Below are positions 14,970 through 26,896 of a stretch of 64,000 nucleotides of DNA, piece by piece. Below the pieces are notes generated by a model that was given only the letters and a program-made list of their open reading frames with translations, did no database searches and was not told where the DNA came from. Position 1 is the stretch's first letter. Each line of letters starts with the position of its first letter. The stretch lies in NCBI GenBank assembly GCA_009914755.4, contig CP068257.2, positions 40,064,001 to 40,128,000 of the forward strand, in the 5' to 3' direction. The stretch comes from the human T2T-CHM13v2.0 reference genome, Homo sapiens. The position numbers and the translations under genes are program-made.

Positions 14970-15276
14970 TTAAATTAGGGTGCAACTCCCCCCCGCCACA
15001 CTGTCGTCACTGCTAAATATTACCATGCCTAAATTTGACATCCTCCTGATGAACAGGTATAACATTGATTCACAAGGAGTGCTGCTTCAGGTAGCTTTGG
15101 TCTGAACTCTAAATTTCTCTTCTCTCTCTCTTTCTTTCCTTTTTACTGTTTAGAATGAACTCTCTCTGGCATTATAATAACAGGGCAGCCTCCTAACTGT
15201 CAGGGTGGCTTCTGTTGCAACACCTAGATATTTCAAATGCAGGAGAGTGATCGGATCATTCCAAGGGCAGGCTATC

Positions 15277-15752
15277 CCACACAGGCCCTCATCACCAGGT
15301 CAGCCCACACGGGCCCTGATCACCGGGTCATCCTGCACAAGCTCTAATCATCAGGTCTTCCCTCACAAGCTCTAATCACCGGGTCATCCTGCACGGGCCC
15401 TCGTCACCGGGTCACCCTGCACGGGCCCTCGTCACCGGGTCATCCCCCACGGGCCCTCGTCACCGGGTCACCCCGCATGGGCCCTGGTCACCGGGTCACC
15501 CTGCACGGGCCCTCGTCACCGGGTCACCCCGCACGGGCCCTGGTCACCGGGTCACCCCGCATGGGCCCTGGTCACCGGGTCGCCCCCCACGGGCCCTCAT
15601 CACTGGGTCGCCCTGCATGGGCCCTCGTCACCGGGTCATCCCCCACGGGCCCTGGTCACCGGGTCATCCCCCACGGGCCCTCGTCACCGGGTAATCCCCC
15701 ACGGGCCCTGGTCACCGGGTCATCCCCCACGGGCCCTGGTCACCGGGTCTCT
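15277..15752. repeat. GC-rich 28-bp minisatellite, about 17 tandem copies
   Basis: The consensus unit is CACGGGCCCTCGTCACCGGGTCATCCCC. Successive CACGGGCCC starts at 15392, 15420 and 15448 give a 28-bp period. Copies differ by scattered point variants (CTG/CCC, CG/TG). ORF 15477-15797 repeats every 28 aa only because 3 x 28 bp = 84 bp. Confidence 0.9.
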
Positions 15753-15769
15753 CGTCCTCCCTCTGCATT

Positions 15770-17215
15770 TGCTTTTGTAGATTCCACAGATGAGTGAGAT
15801 TGTATCATTTGTCTTTCTATGCCTGGCTTATTTCACTTAACATAATGCCCTCTAGGTTCATTCATGTTGTTGCAAATGGCAGGATTTCCTTCTTTTTTAA
15901 GGCAGACTAATATTCCATTCTGTAAGTATGTCACATTTTCTTATCCATTCATTCACCGATGAGCACTTAGGTCAATTCCATCTCTTGGCTATTGTGAGTA
16001 ATGCTGCAATGGATATGAGAGAGCAGACATCCCTTCAACATACTGACTTCCTTGGGTGTATATCCGGAAGTGAAATTGCGAGCAATCATATGGTAGCTCT
16101 ACTCTAATTGTTGAGGAGACTTCATATTGCTTTCCGTCATGGCTGTACTGATCCACGTTCCCACCAACAGTCATGCCTGCACTGATCCACGTTCCCACCA
16201 ACAGTCATGGCTGCACTGATCCACGTTCCCACCAACAGTCATGGCTGCACTGATCCACGTTCCCACCAACAGTCATGGCTGCACTGATCCACGTTCCCAC
16301 CAACAGTCATGGCTGCACTGATCCACGTTCCCACCAACAGTCATGGCTGCACTGATCCACGTTCCCACCAACAGTCATGGCTGCACTGATCCACGTTCCC
16401 ACCAACAGTCATGGCTGCACTGATCCACGTTCCCACCAACAGTCATGGCTGCACTGATCCACGTTCCCACCAACAGTCATGGCTGCACTGATCCACGTTC
16501 CCACCAACAGTCATGGCTGCACTGATCCACATTCCCACCAATAGTGTGCATAGAGGATAGTCCACATCCTCACCGGCACTTGTTTTCTTTCATCTTTTTG
16601 ATAATTAGGTGTGAAGTGATATCTCATTGTGGTTTTGACTTACATTTCCTAGATGGTTGGGGATATTAAGCATTTTTTCATATACTCATTGGCCTTTTGG
16701 ATGTCTTCTTTTGAGAAATATCTATTCAGGTCCATTACTTATTTCTTAATTGGGTTGTTTTCTTGATATTGAGTTGTTTGAATTCCTTATATATTTTGGC
16801 AATTAACCCCTTATCAAGTGTGTGGCTTGCAAATATCTCCTCCCATTCCATAGGGTGTCCCTCCACTCTGTTGCCTGTTTCCTTTGCTGTGCAGAAGCTT
16901 TTGGGTTTGATGTGATCCCATGTGTCTATGATTTTACTTTTGTTGCCTGTGCTTTTGGTGTCATATCCAAAATCATCATTGCTTAGACCAATGTCATAGA
17001 GCTTTGCCCCCTATGTTTTCTTCTAGCAGTTTGAAAGTTTCAGGTCCTACATATAAGTCTTTCATTCGTTTTGAGTTGATTTTTGTATATGTATGAGATA
17101 AGGGTCCAATTTCATTCTTCCACATGTAGATATCCAGTTTTCCCAACATCATTTCAGTTTGTTTTGTTCGAAGCTATTGAGTTGGTGGTAATTTTCTACA
17201 GCAGCCCCAGGAAAT
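15770..17215 (-). mobile_element. L1 (L1M/L1PB-like) fragment covering the ORF2 C-terminal region, antisense, 3'-truncated
   Basis: Antisense L1 motifs: CATTCATTCACCGATGAGCACTTAGGT, GCTGCAATGGATAT and CTCATTGTGGTTTTGACTTACATTTCC, which is the antisense of the REMQIKTTMR coding segment. Also TTGCAAATATCTCCTCCCATTC and TTTGCTGTGCAGAAGCTTTTGGGTTTGATG. It contains the 34-bp array at 16143-16550. Confidence 0.75.
16143..16550. repeat. 34-bp minisatellite, 12 tandem copies, derived from an internal L1 segment
   Basis: The unit is CTGCACTGATCCACGTTCCCACCAACAGTCATGG. Unit starts at 16143, 16177 and 16211 give a 34-bp period. Copies are almost identical apart from the first and last units. The unit is homologous to the antisense L1 segment ...TTACACTCCCACCAACAGTGT... 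Confidence 0.9.
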
Positions 17216-19103
17216 GAATACTGTGGTCATATTCTGAACATCTGAGTTTTCACAGGGGCCTCGTTGAGATAAAGTTTGATCCGTGTGCAAGGGTGGGTTG
17301 ACAGGGAAGCCCTGGGATCCCCTCAATCCAGGTTTGAAGCCTCCTTGCTGAACAGGGCACCTGCACCCCTCACCTGGGATGTGGTGCTAGCAGGACTTGC
17401 CTTGGTGGCTTCCTGGCATGACTAAAATTCAGATAATAGGTGGAGGGTGCCTGGCTGGGGCTAAACAGATGCATCTCCAAAAAGAGTTTTGCTCCAATCA
17501 AGGGAAAGGAGAAGGAGGCAGAGCCTATGCAAGCCCTCAGAACCTGGCATCAGGGAGTCTTCCACCGCCTTCACTCTCCAGATGGCCTTGCCCACATCCT
17601 GGAAAGCAAAGGACCCTGCCAGCTCTTCAACAGAAACATTCACACCAGGTTTTCCATCACTCCACAATCACCAGCTCTTTAGAAGGAGGCAGAGCAGCGA
17701 TCATCCCCTCCTTGCACAGAGAGTGAGATACAGAGTTCTGCACCCTCAAAGCCACAAGCACAAGCGTATCTAGACTTCAGCCTTCCAGGCTGCGAAATCA
17801 GCAGGAGTTCCTCTCATCCACAGGGACCTCCAACCCCAGGTCCTTCCAGCTCCCCCAGGCAGAGCCCAGCCTCCATTCCAGTGTCTCTAGCTTTCTGAGG
17901 ACTCTCTTCCAAGTCCTCCCTTATCTCTGCCCCCAGGCGAGAGGTGGCAGCTTCCTTCCTTCCTGCAGGAGTGGGAGGATGAGTGCTATTGATTCTCACT
18001 CATCAGCACCCACTTTGCTTTTGGAGGCGGCTTTGGAAATGCCTTTCCCAGGCTCAGCCCTTGCCTGCAGCCATGACCTTACCTGAAGAAGAGGATGGAT
18101 GAGGGACTGTCCCTAGGATGCAGGAATGGTGAAAAATGACGCTTGTGTTTACTTAGACCTCCTCACCAAGTCGGCCTGCGTTCTCCTCTGAGTTCCACAT
18201 GGGTCCTATGACGTAGGCACTAATGCCAGGCCCACTTTAGGGACAGGGAAGTAAGTACCTAGCAAAAGTCAGAGACAGGTACCACTGGGATATAAACCCA
18301 GCTCCGAATCCAGCACCACGCTTAAGAAAGCTGCTCTGTACCTTGTTGCCAAGTTGCTGCTTCTTTCAACTCCTAAATGCAGCATTTTCTTGTTCCTTCT
18401 CCAAATTGTTTCTCTGCTGAGCAGCTGCAGATGGAAAACCACCTACGATATTTACGTCTGCCAAAGCCAAACCTTCTCCAGTTTGGCAGGCATGTGAGAC
18501 TCTGGCACAGGGTGGAGGGGCCTCTCGCTAAGTCCCCTTGCTCCGAAGCAGGACAGCAGTTCCTGTCAAGCACCTGACATGTATGAAACAACTGTCGGCC
18601 CCACTGTGGAAACAAATGAAGACCACCCACCTGAGACCAAGCGCAGGCTGTGTATTCTGAGCAGGCTCTAGCGAGGGGGCCGCTTCCACCAGCTGCGTTT
18701 GGCAGAGACTCAGGGCAGGCAGTGGGGAGCTTGGTGGTGGACGACAGGCTCCAGGGGTGCCCCGATGAGGCCGTCTTCAAAAGGGAGCTGGGAAGGCTCG
18801 TGGAAGTGGACATCCTAGGGGATTGGCTAGGGGCGCATATTTGACTTTCTCTGGTTGGCTCTAAATTAGAAGTAGGAACAAAAATTAGAAAAGCTGGCAG
18901 TCATCAACCAACTCCTGACCATTCTGGCCTGATTGCTGCAAAGACTGTGAGTCTCTCCATTGTCTTTGTAGGGAAGGAAACAACTACTTTACCGTCTTAG
19001 GTTCAGTAACTGAGGGCTGCAAATTACATGGACAAAAGACGGATAAACAGGAGAAACGGGTTTATTTTATGTGCCTACGGGAGCCAACAAAAGAAGTAGC
19101 CGG

Positions 19104-19448
<345 letters not shown>

Positions 19449-19789
19449 TTAGTAGGGAAAAGGAAATGGGGGAGAAGTGGCTTTTATGAGAAAAACAAAT
19501 CATTTTCTTTAGGAAAAACAAATGGGATTTTAGGAGAAGAGAAGGGCGATAAAGTTTGTGATAATGTTCGTCTAAACAGGTATGAGTGGTCTTTCCATCT
19601 TCTTCAGGGCCATAAAACTCCCCCAGAGAGGAGAATTATGGTTGCCTCCTTGCCCAGAAGTTGCTGTTTTTAATCAGATAAAGGAAGGTCTGAGGAGGCT
19701 TTTTTCTGCATCTATTAAATCTCAAATGTCTTCAGCTTAAAGCAATCTTTATGTCATCTCTGGATGACATCTGTGGAGTGGGTCCCCAC

Positions 19790-19900
19790 ATCTGTTTGTA
19801 TACTCAGTCTCTCACCATTTTAAGGGTGAGGAAACTGAGGCTTGAAGAGGTGAAACACCTTACCCAAGATGCCCATCGGTGGGTCACAGAGCAGTCCTGC
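19790..19900 (+). mobile_element. MIR core fragment
   Basis: CATTTTAAGGGTGAGGAAACTGAGGCTTGAAGAGGTGAAACACCTTACCCAAGATGCCCA matches the MIR motif TTTTACAGATGAGGAAACTGAGGCTCAGAGAGGTTAAGTGACTTGCCCAAGGTCACA. Confidence 0.55.
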
Positions 19901-19991
19901 TCCAAGATCCTTTCTACCAAGTCACCTCACTCATACAGGGAGGGTCACCAGATTGTGTAAAGATGATGTAACAGAAGAAAATCCTGCTCAC

Positions 19992-20676
19992 CCACTCATC
20001 CATTCATCCATTTATCCATCCACCCATCCATCCACCCATCCATCCATCCACCCATCCATCCATCCACCTATCCATCCATCCATCCACCCATCCATCCATC
20101 CATTCATTCATCCAAATATCCATCCATCCATCCACCTATCCATCCATCCATCCACCCATCCATCCATCCATTCACTCATCCAACTATCCATCCATCCATC
20201 CACCTATCCATCCATCCATCCATCCACCTATCCATCCATCCATCCACACATCCATCCATCCATTCATCCATCCATCCATCCATCCACTTATCCGTCCATC
20301 CATCCACCTATCCATCCATCCATCCACCTATCCATCCATCCATCCACGCATCCATCCATCCATTCATCCATCCATCCATCCATCCACCCATCCATCCATT
20401 TATGCATCCACTCATCCATCCATCCACCTACCCATCCATTTATCCATCCACTCATACATCCATTTGTCCATCCACCTATCCATCCATTCATCCATTCATC
20501 CATCCATCCATCCATCCATCCATCCATCCATCCATTTGTCCGTCCACCTAGCCATCCATTCATCCATGCATCCATCCATCCATCCATCCATCCACTCATC
20601 CATCCATTTGTCCGTCCACCTAGCCATCCATTCATCCATGCATCCATCCATCCATCCATCCATCCACTCATCCATG
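19992..20676. repeat. Imperfect (CCAT)n / (ATGG)n tetranucleotide array, about 690 bp
   Basis: Continuous CCATCCATCCATCC with recurrent variant units (CCACC, CCATT, CACCTAT, TTTGTCCGTCCACCTAGCCATCCATTCATCCATGCATCC). These suggest higher-order periodicity. ORFs 19869-20690 (HPSIHPSI...) and 20288-20671 minus strand (WMDGWMDG...) are artefacts of this repeat. Confidence 0.9.
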
Positions 20677-21379
20677 CAATAATAATTTAGCCCCGAATCA
20701 TGCTGGATGCTTGGAGTATGAAGTCCGATATGCCACAGTCCCTACTCTAGTTTTGAGGTGTCCCTACTCTAGTTTAGGGGAGATAGACTCATAAAGAGTT
20801 ATTGTTGTTATAATATATTAAAATCTACAGTGACTACTTTCATGAAATACCTGGCCATTCACCTATATCCCGGAACAGAATGTTGTCAGTGCATGGTGAC
20901 AAGCATGTTCACCAAGGTGGTGAGATGGCAGAGATCTGTGTCTTCCCATTTATCATGTTTGATGTTTTCCAAATTGTCTGTTTTCCGAATGTATTATTTT
21001 TATAATGGGAGTGGGGATTCTTTAAAACTTCAATATTTCTATATTGTCTAAAAGTCGATTGGTTCTTGGGCCCATTTGACACCTTACCTAATCAACTCTC
21101 CATCCTTGCTGCTCAGAGGCTGCCCTCCCCCAAGACTCCCCCAGCCCACCCCAGAACACCAGAGCTTTGCAAACCTCCAGTTCTTGCTCACCTTGAATTC
21201 TGTCTGCAGCGTTCTTACCATCACCTTTGCCTGGAAAATTCCTTTTCCCTCAAAATCTAGTTTAAAGGTCTGCTTTCCTGTGTCACGTGGCCTGCCTGCC
21301 TCTATGATTTTCCCCCACTTTCAGTGTTCTTCAAAATGTGCTATTTAATAGATGCATGATCTCCCCTATCAGTGCACCA

Positions 21380-22330
21380 TAGTTTATTTCATCAACCCTT
21401 GGTATGGGATCATTTAGGCTCTTTCTGACATTTGCTATTATAAATAATGCCTTAATTAGCCTTCTCCTTCACAATCTTTGATCATATCTCTGTTTCCTTA
21501 GAATAGATTTCTAGAAATGGAATCTCCAGGGCAAAGAGTAAGAACACTTTTAAGGCTCTTCATACATAATTCAAAATTGCTTTCCAAACAGGTTGAACAA
21601 TCTGTGCTCCAGCACCACAGTGTAGGCCTGCCTGCAGGAAGTCATTATTTCAAGTGTTTGTTACTTTGACAGCTGAAGATGCCACTGTTTCATTGTTTTA
21701 ATTTGCATTTCTTTGACTGTCAGTTATTTTGAGCTTTGAAAAATGAGCTTACTTTAAAAAGTGTATTTATACAGTGTAGTGGTCAAGGGTGCAGGCTTCA
21801 GAGTCCAAGAGATGTTCAGACCCTGGCTCTGCTGATGAGGACCTAGTGACCTGGGGAGCCCTCGTGAAGATGAAATGAGGTCATGCACACAGGTCTCTCC
21901 GCTGGTGTCTGTGACCTGAGTGTGCAATCAACATTAGCTTCATTGTTCTCAGAGTTCTGAGAGCTTCCTTTGTTTTGTGCAATTTCTGTGCATGCTTTCT
22001 GACCAATTTGCTAGTGGAGTGTTTTTCTTATTAATTTAAAGGAGCTCTTCTATATATTTAGGAGTTCAACCCTTTGCTTGCCATATTTATGCTAATATTT
22101 TTTCAAATTTTTTCTCTTTGCATCATTTTTACTCCAGGAGATTTTTATTTTATGTATTCATACCTTCATTGATGGTTCCTTCCATTAATTTTATGCCGAC
22201 AATTTCTTCCCAGAACTGAGATCCATTAAATATTGTCCTCTAATATATATTGTTTTACATTTATCTTAAATTCACAGGCAAACTACCTTGGTATAAATTA
22301 GGGAAAATCTAACCTGATTCTTTTCCAGTG
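21380..22330 (-). mobile_element. Probable old L1 (L1M-type) 3'-region remnant, antisense
   Basis: Degenerate antisense L1 motifs: TTTAATTTGCATTTCTTTGACTGTCAGT (compare GTTTTGATTTGCATTTCCCTGATG), GAACACTTTTAAGGCTCTTCATACATAATTCAAAATTGCTTTCCAAACAGGTTGAACAATCTGTGCTCCAGCACCACAGTGTAGG, and TCAACCCTTTGCTTGCCATATTTATGCTAATATTTTTTC. Identity is low and the boundaries are uncertain. Confidence 0.4.
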
Positions 22331-22459
22331 TCATTCAGAAAATAATTCCCTTTTACGGACTCAAAAGCAGAAATGTGACATAATCAGATGTGTTTTTAAA
22401 TAGCTTGCTGGCTCCAGTGTGGTAGGAAAAAAAACAGCAATCATAAAAAACAACCAACA

Positions 22460-22630
22460 TTTATTTAGTACTTACTGTGTACAGGCTGTGTTCTGAGTCC
22501 TTTGCAGATATTCACTCACTCAACCCTCATAATCACCCCATAGGAAACAAAGGCTTACGCTGGGGTTTAAGTAACTTGCCCAAGGTCAGAGCTAGAAGCG
22601 GCTGAACCAGGGATGGGATGGAACCAGGAA
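22460..22630 (-). mobile_element. MIR SINE, reverse orientation
   Basis: ATTTATTTAGTACTTACTGTGTACAGGCTGTGTTCTGAGTCCTTTGCAGATATTCACTCACTCAACCCTCATAATCACCCCATAGGAAACAAAGGCTTACGCTGGGGTTTAAGTAACTTGCCCAAGGTCAGAGCTAGAAG. Confidence 0.6.
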
Positions 22631-23174
22631 GGGGCCATCAGAGTTAAGCAGATAAGTCAACGCACCAGTCCAGATGAGGTAGAGGGACTGGCCTAGACCA
22701 CGGCAGGGAAAGGAGAGGAGATGGCATACTGGTCACGTATTGAAGATATGAGTCTGGGATTTGGCAGTCAACCACCCATTGCGGACCACGAGGACAAGGG
22801 AGAGCTCTAGAGCCCCATCTCAGCATGCAGCTGTTAAGTCCCTCAAAGAAGACTTGCACTTTCCGTAAAACCATCGCCTTCCTCTCCCTCACTGTTCCCA
22901 GCATCCCCGGACTGCACAGGGTAGAAAAGCAGCAAGTTTGGACCACAATCCCAAATACCGAAATCCCAAAAGATCAAAATCGCTAAAACCGCCAACATCT
23001 AACATCCCAAAAGTGGCAATTACAGGACAAGTTTTTTGTTTGTGTTCCTTTTCTTTTTAAAGTTTTTTTTTCACTATTTTAAATTGTCAGCATTTTCATT
23101 CACAGTTCTGCATGCTGTGTATTTCATCTTTGCATCATTTCCAATACTGGAGGTATAAATTGTATAGGGACTTT

Positions 23175-23388
23175 TTATTTTTATTTATTTATTTATTTTT
23201 GAGACAGGGTCTCTCTCTGTCATTCAGGCTGGAGGGCAGTGGCATGGCCACTGCTCACTGTAGCCTCCACTGCCCGGGCTCAATGGAGCCTCCCAAGGAG
23301 CCGAGACTACAGGCACACATCACCACGCCCGGCTAATTTTTGTATTTTTTGTAGAGACAGGGTTTCGCCATGTCATCCAGGCTTGTAG
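23175..23388 (-). mobile_element. Alu fragment (right arm plus part of left), minus orientation
   Basis: (TTTA)n/T-rich head followed by GAGACAGGGTCTCTCTCTGTCATTCAGGCTGGAGGGCAGTGGCATGG...GACTACAGGCACACATCACCACGCCCGGCTAATTTTTGTATTTTTTGTAGAGACAGGGTTTCGCCATGTCATCCAGGCT. Confidence 0.8.
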
Positions 23389-24820
23389 AGATTTTTAGAG
23401 TTCTAATTCTTTATGCATTTTTTGCAGATCTGACTTCATAAAAGTGAACTATCACAATGCTGCTTTGCAAGCTGTGTGTGAGTGTAAAAGCGTTGAAACT
23501 TCCTCAATAAATGAAAAGATATCTTTTTTGTACATCTGCATTTGTGAAAGACAACATTTCTCCAGATCTCTCTCAGCTCTTTGGGTGACTGCATATGTAT
23601 GTGGCGGGGACCCATCGAGGTTGCTGCGCGATCTTGTCAGTAGACTTAGGTTGTCCGTCACGGCACTTCAGGTGACCGCAGTTATACGCCAGGTGCACAC
23701 AATCACCAACCATAGCGATCTGCATTACCACATCTCCCTTTCTGACCCATTTCCTTATGAATACGGTTCATCTGCTCATAGTTGATATACCTGTGTGACT
23801 CTCATTAGCACACCTGTCTATGCTTACAAAAACATGTGTGTTCTTACTGCCTGTTTTATTAAAGTGGCCTATGAAGTGTTCCATTGTGCTTTTTATGTTT
23901 AATTTTTATGTTTTATGTTTAATTTTAAAACATACGTTTATGTTTTGTTTTTATGTTTCTCAAATAAATTCCCTTTTAAAAATGTAAATATTTTCTAACA
24001 TTTTAAAATTATTTTTTACAGAATCAGGGTTTTAGGATTCTGATTTTTCAGGATTTCGACACTCGGGATTGTGTCTATTGGGATTATGATGCACTCCCAA
24101 CAGCAGGCCGGTCCTCATCTGTCCCAAACAGCTCAGATGCGGTGGGCACTGATGTGGCCGGGTGGGCTCTTCGTTCCCGCCCACTGAAATCCCACCCACC
24201 TGTTTCTTTTCCTCTTCTTCCCCCAGCCACTCCCTTCCAAGAAGCCTGGCTCTGGCCTGAGGTTCCTGGGGAGGGAAGGTCCACGCAGTGGTCCAAGTGG
24301 CCTGCCTGAGTCACACCTGAGCCATCTAGTCACTTCTCCATTAGCTCACACTCTCTGAGCTACAGAGGCTTCAGGTGGTGTTAGGGGGCCCAGTGATCCT
24401 CTAGTCGACCAGCTCTTGCAGAACCAGCCATGACTAGGCCAGTCATTCGGGGTGTAAGAAGCCACGGTCAGTCCTCACTCTGGACCCTCCGATCAGACGA
24501 CGGGCCTGCTGTTCTGAGACCGAGGCAGCATCTCTGCGAGGGCTGCAACAGCTGCTGGGCTGAGCGCAGACCTTCCTGATACGCCTCATCTGTGACCTCT
24601 GGGTGGATTTGAGCTCCTGGCTTTACCTCTATTGCCTATATGATCACAACAAGTTTCTTCTCTGTCCTCTGCTTCCTCTTCTCTAAGCTGAAGCCATTGA
24701 AGCATCCAGCTCAGTTTTCAAAAATTAATAGAGATTCATGGAAATAAGGTACCCACAGGATTGAGTCAGTGCCAGACCCATAGCAAACTCTCAAAATATA
24801 CTAGCATAAAAAAAAAAGTG

Positions 24821-25215
24821 TATTAGTCTGTTCTCACATAGCTATAAAGAAATACCTGAAACTGGGTCATTTATAAAGAAAAGAGATTTAATTGGCTCAC
24901 GGTTCAGCAGGCTGTACAGGAAGCATGGGGACATCTGCTTCTGGGGAGGCCTCAAGAAACTTACAATCATGGTGAAGACAAAGGGGAAGCAGGCGCGTCT
25001 CACATGGCCAGACCATGAGAGAGAGGTGGGGGAGGCGCCACACACTTTTAATCAACCAGATCTCATGAGAACTCTATCACAAGACAGCACCAGGTGATGG
25101 TGCTAAGCCATTCATGAAGGATCCACCCCAGTGATCCAACCACCTCCAACCGGGCCCCACCCCCAGCACTGGGGATAACAACTGAACATGAGATTTGGTG
25201 GGGACACAGGTCCCC
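24821..25215 (-). mobile_element. MaLR LTR of THE1/MST type, antisense
   Basis: TGTATTAGTCTGTTCTCACATAGCTATAAAGAAATACCTGAAACTGGGTCATTTATAAAGAAAAGAGATTTAATTGGCTCACGGTTCAGCAGGCTGTACAGGAAGCATGG ... CTTACAATCATGGTGAAGAC ... CATGAGATTTGGTGGGGACACAG is the reverse-complement THE1/MST LTR consensus. Confidence 0.8.
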
Positions 25216-26540
25216 ACCTCACCACATCACACAATTTCTCTCCTTTCTTTCCAGGTAACCAGTTTGCAAGGGCTTGCCGTATCCTCCATAGATGGTGTAA
25301 TTGGAAACGCATTTGTGGGCGTGGCGGTGTGGTCTGGGGGAGGAGCCCTAGCCCCCCTCTCTCCTCCAAAACTCTCACTGGTCACAGATTCACGTGTGTT
25401 TATAATTCCTCATTTTAAGAAAATATCATGATTCCCATTTTACCTGCCATTTTCCCCTCAGATGGCTGAGGGAAGAGTCTGGGATGATGATTGGCTCCTG
25501 TGCTCTGAGTGTGCAAATGCTCCAAGGGTGCAGCCATGCTCTGGGCACTCAAGTCAGTCTTAGTCAGTGCTCCTTCCTCTTCTGCCAGCTCCTCCCGTTC
25601 CAGTGACCATTCCTCTTGCTGAACCGGCTGGAGAAGGCGCGCGCGGTCCCAGGCCGCTGTCTGAAGGGCTTTCCATTTGTCTCTGCAGACAATCTCATAT
25701 TCCTTTTCCAGCCTCTGATGGAAGGGGCGAGGGGGACTCCTCCAACCAGCTAGCTGTGCCTTTCTGACCCAGGCCCAGGGGCTGCTGCCTGCCGTGGCAG
25801 GTCACTGGCTGTCCTGGAACTTCCTGGACATTGCTGGTCTTGCATTTCCTATCGTGGAACACTTGCTCCATGACACAGGTCTACTTATCTGTCAACAAAA
25901 CCACCTCATTTACCTGCTTCTCCACCCACCTCCTTCCAGCCATCTCCGCCCCTGCCCTCACTGGTGAATGGATGAATTACCCAACATGGCTTTGTGCTGG
26001 GAGCATGGCCTGCCTTGGAGAGAACCACAAACAATGACCTGGGCTGCATGAAGAGTCAGGTCAGCACACTGGTGAGGTTAAGTCAACTCCCAGAGGCCAC
26101 GATGACAGGCCACGAAGAGTCAATGAGAGCCTTTTGGGTTTGATGCCCGAAGCACTCTGTCCCCCATCACAGTCTTTAGGGGCAAGTGCAGGAGCCTCCA
26201 GCCAGTCAGAAGACGTTTCCTCCAAGTGTGCAGCCATAGGTCATCAAAGCGAAGGGTATTTAGATTTCTCAAACAGAATCAGTAGGAGTTAGAGAGAGAG
26301 GGAAGAAAGGAGGGAGGGAAAGTTATTGGGAAGACCTGGCTCCCATGGCTATGGAGGCTGAGAAGCCCCACGCTCTGCCATCTGCAAGCTGGAGGACCAA
26401 GGGTGCTGGTGATGGTGCTGAGATTGAGTCTGAATCCAAAGGCCTGAAAACCAGGAGAGCGATGGTGGAACTCTCAGTCCCAGGGTCAGAGAAGGTGAGA
26501 GGAGATGTCCCAGCTCAGCAGACAGGAGGCATGAGAGGAC

Positions 26541-26896
26541 TAATATGGTTTGGCTGTGTCCCCACCCTAATCTCAACTTGAATGTTATCTCCCAGGATTC
26601 CCACTTGTTTTGGGAGGGACCCAGGGGGAGGTAATTGAGTCATGGGGGCCAGTCTTTCCCATGCTATTCTCGTGATACTAAATAAGTCTCACAAAATCTG
26701 ATGGGTTATCAGGGGTTTCCACTTTTGCTTCTTCCTTGTTTTTCTCTTGCTGCCGCCATGGAAGAAGTGTCTTTTACCTCCTGCCATGATTCTGAGGCCT
26801 CCCCAGCCATGTGGAACTTTAAGTCCAATCCAACCTCTTTTTCTTCGCAGTCTCGGGTATGTCTTTATCAGCAGCGTGAAAACAGACTAATACAGG
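26541..26896 (+). mobile_element. MaLR LTR of THE1/MST type, sense
   Basis: TAATATGGTTTGGCTGTGTCCCCACCCTAATCTCAACTTGAATGTTATCTCCCAGGATTCCCACTTGTTTTGGGAGGGACCCAGGGGGAGGTAATTGAGTCATGGGGGCCAGTCTTTCCCATGCTATTCTCGTGATA ... GAGGCCTCCCCAGCCATGTGGAACTTTAAGTCCAATC ... GTCTCGGGTATGTCTTTATCAGCAGCGTGAAAACAGACTAATACA. Confidence 0.85.

Noticed and set aside
15477-15797. 106-aa ORF with a perfect 28-aa periodic peptide (MGPGHRV.LHGPSSPG.PARALVTGS…)
   Set aside because: The periodicity arises because three 28-bp minisatellite units equal 84 bp, or 28 codons. There are no flanking exon signals.
16143-16550. A regular 34-bp tandem array (and the 28-bp array at 15277-15752) that could superficially resemble a CRISPR repeat array
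   Set aside because: The units abut each other with no unique spacers. The arrays sit in Alu- and L1-rich primate DNA, and the 34-bp unit is a piece of L1. These are minisatellites, not CRISPR.
19869-20690. 273-aa ORF ([10 protein letters not shown]…) with a 127-aa antisense partner (WMDGWMDG…)
   Set aside because: Both are read-through of the (CCAT)n tetranucleotide array.
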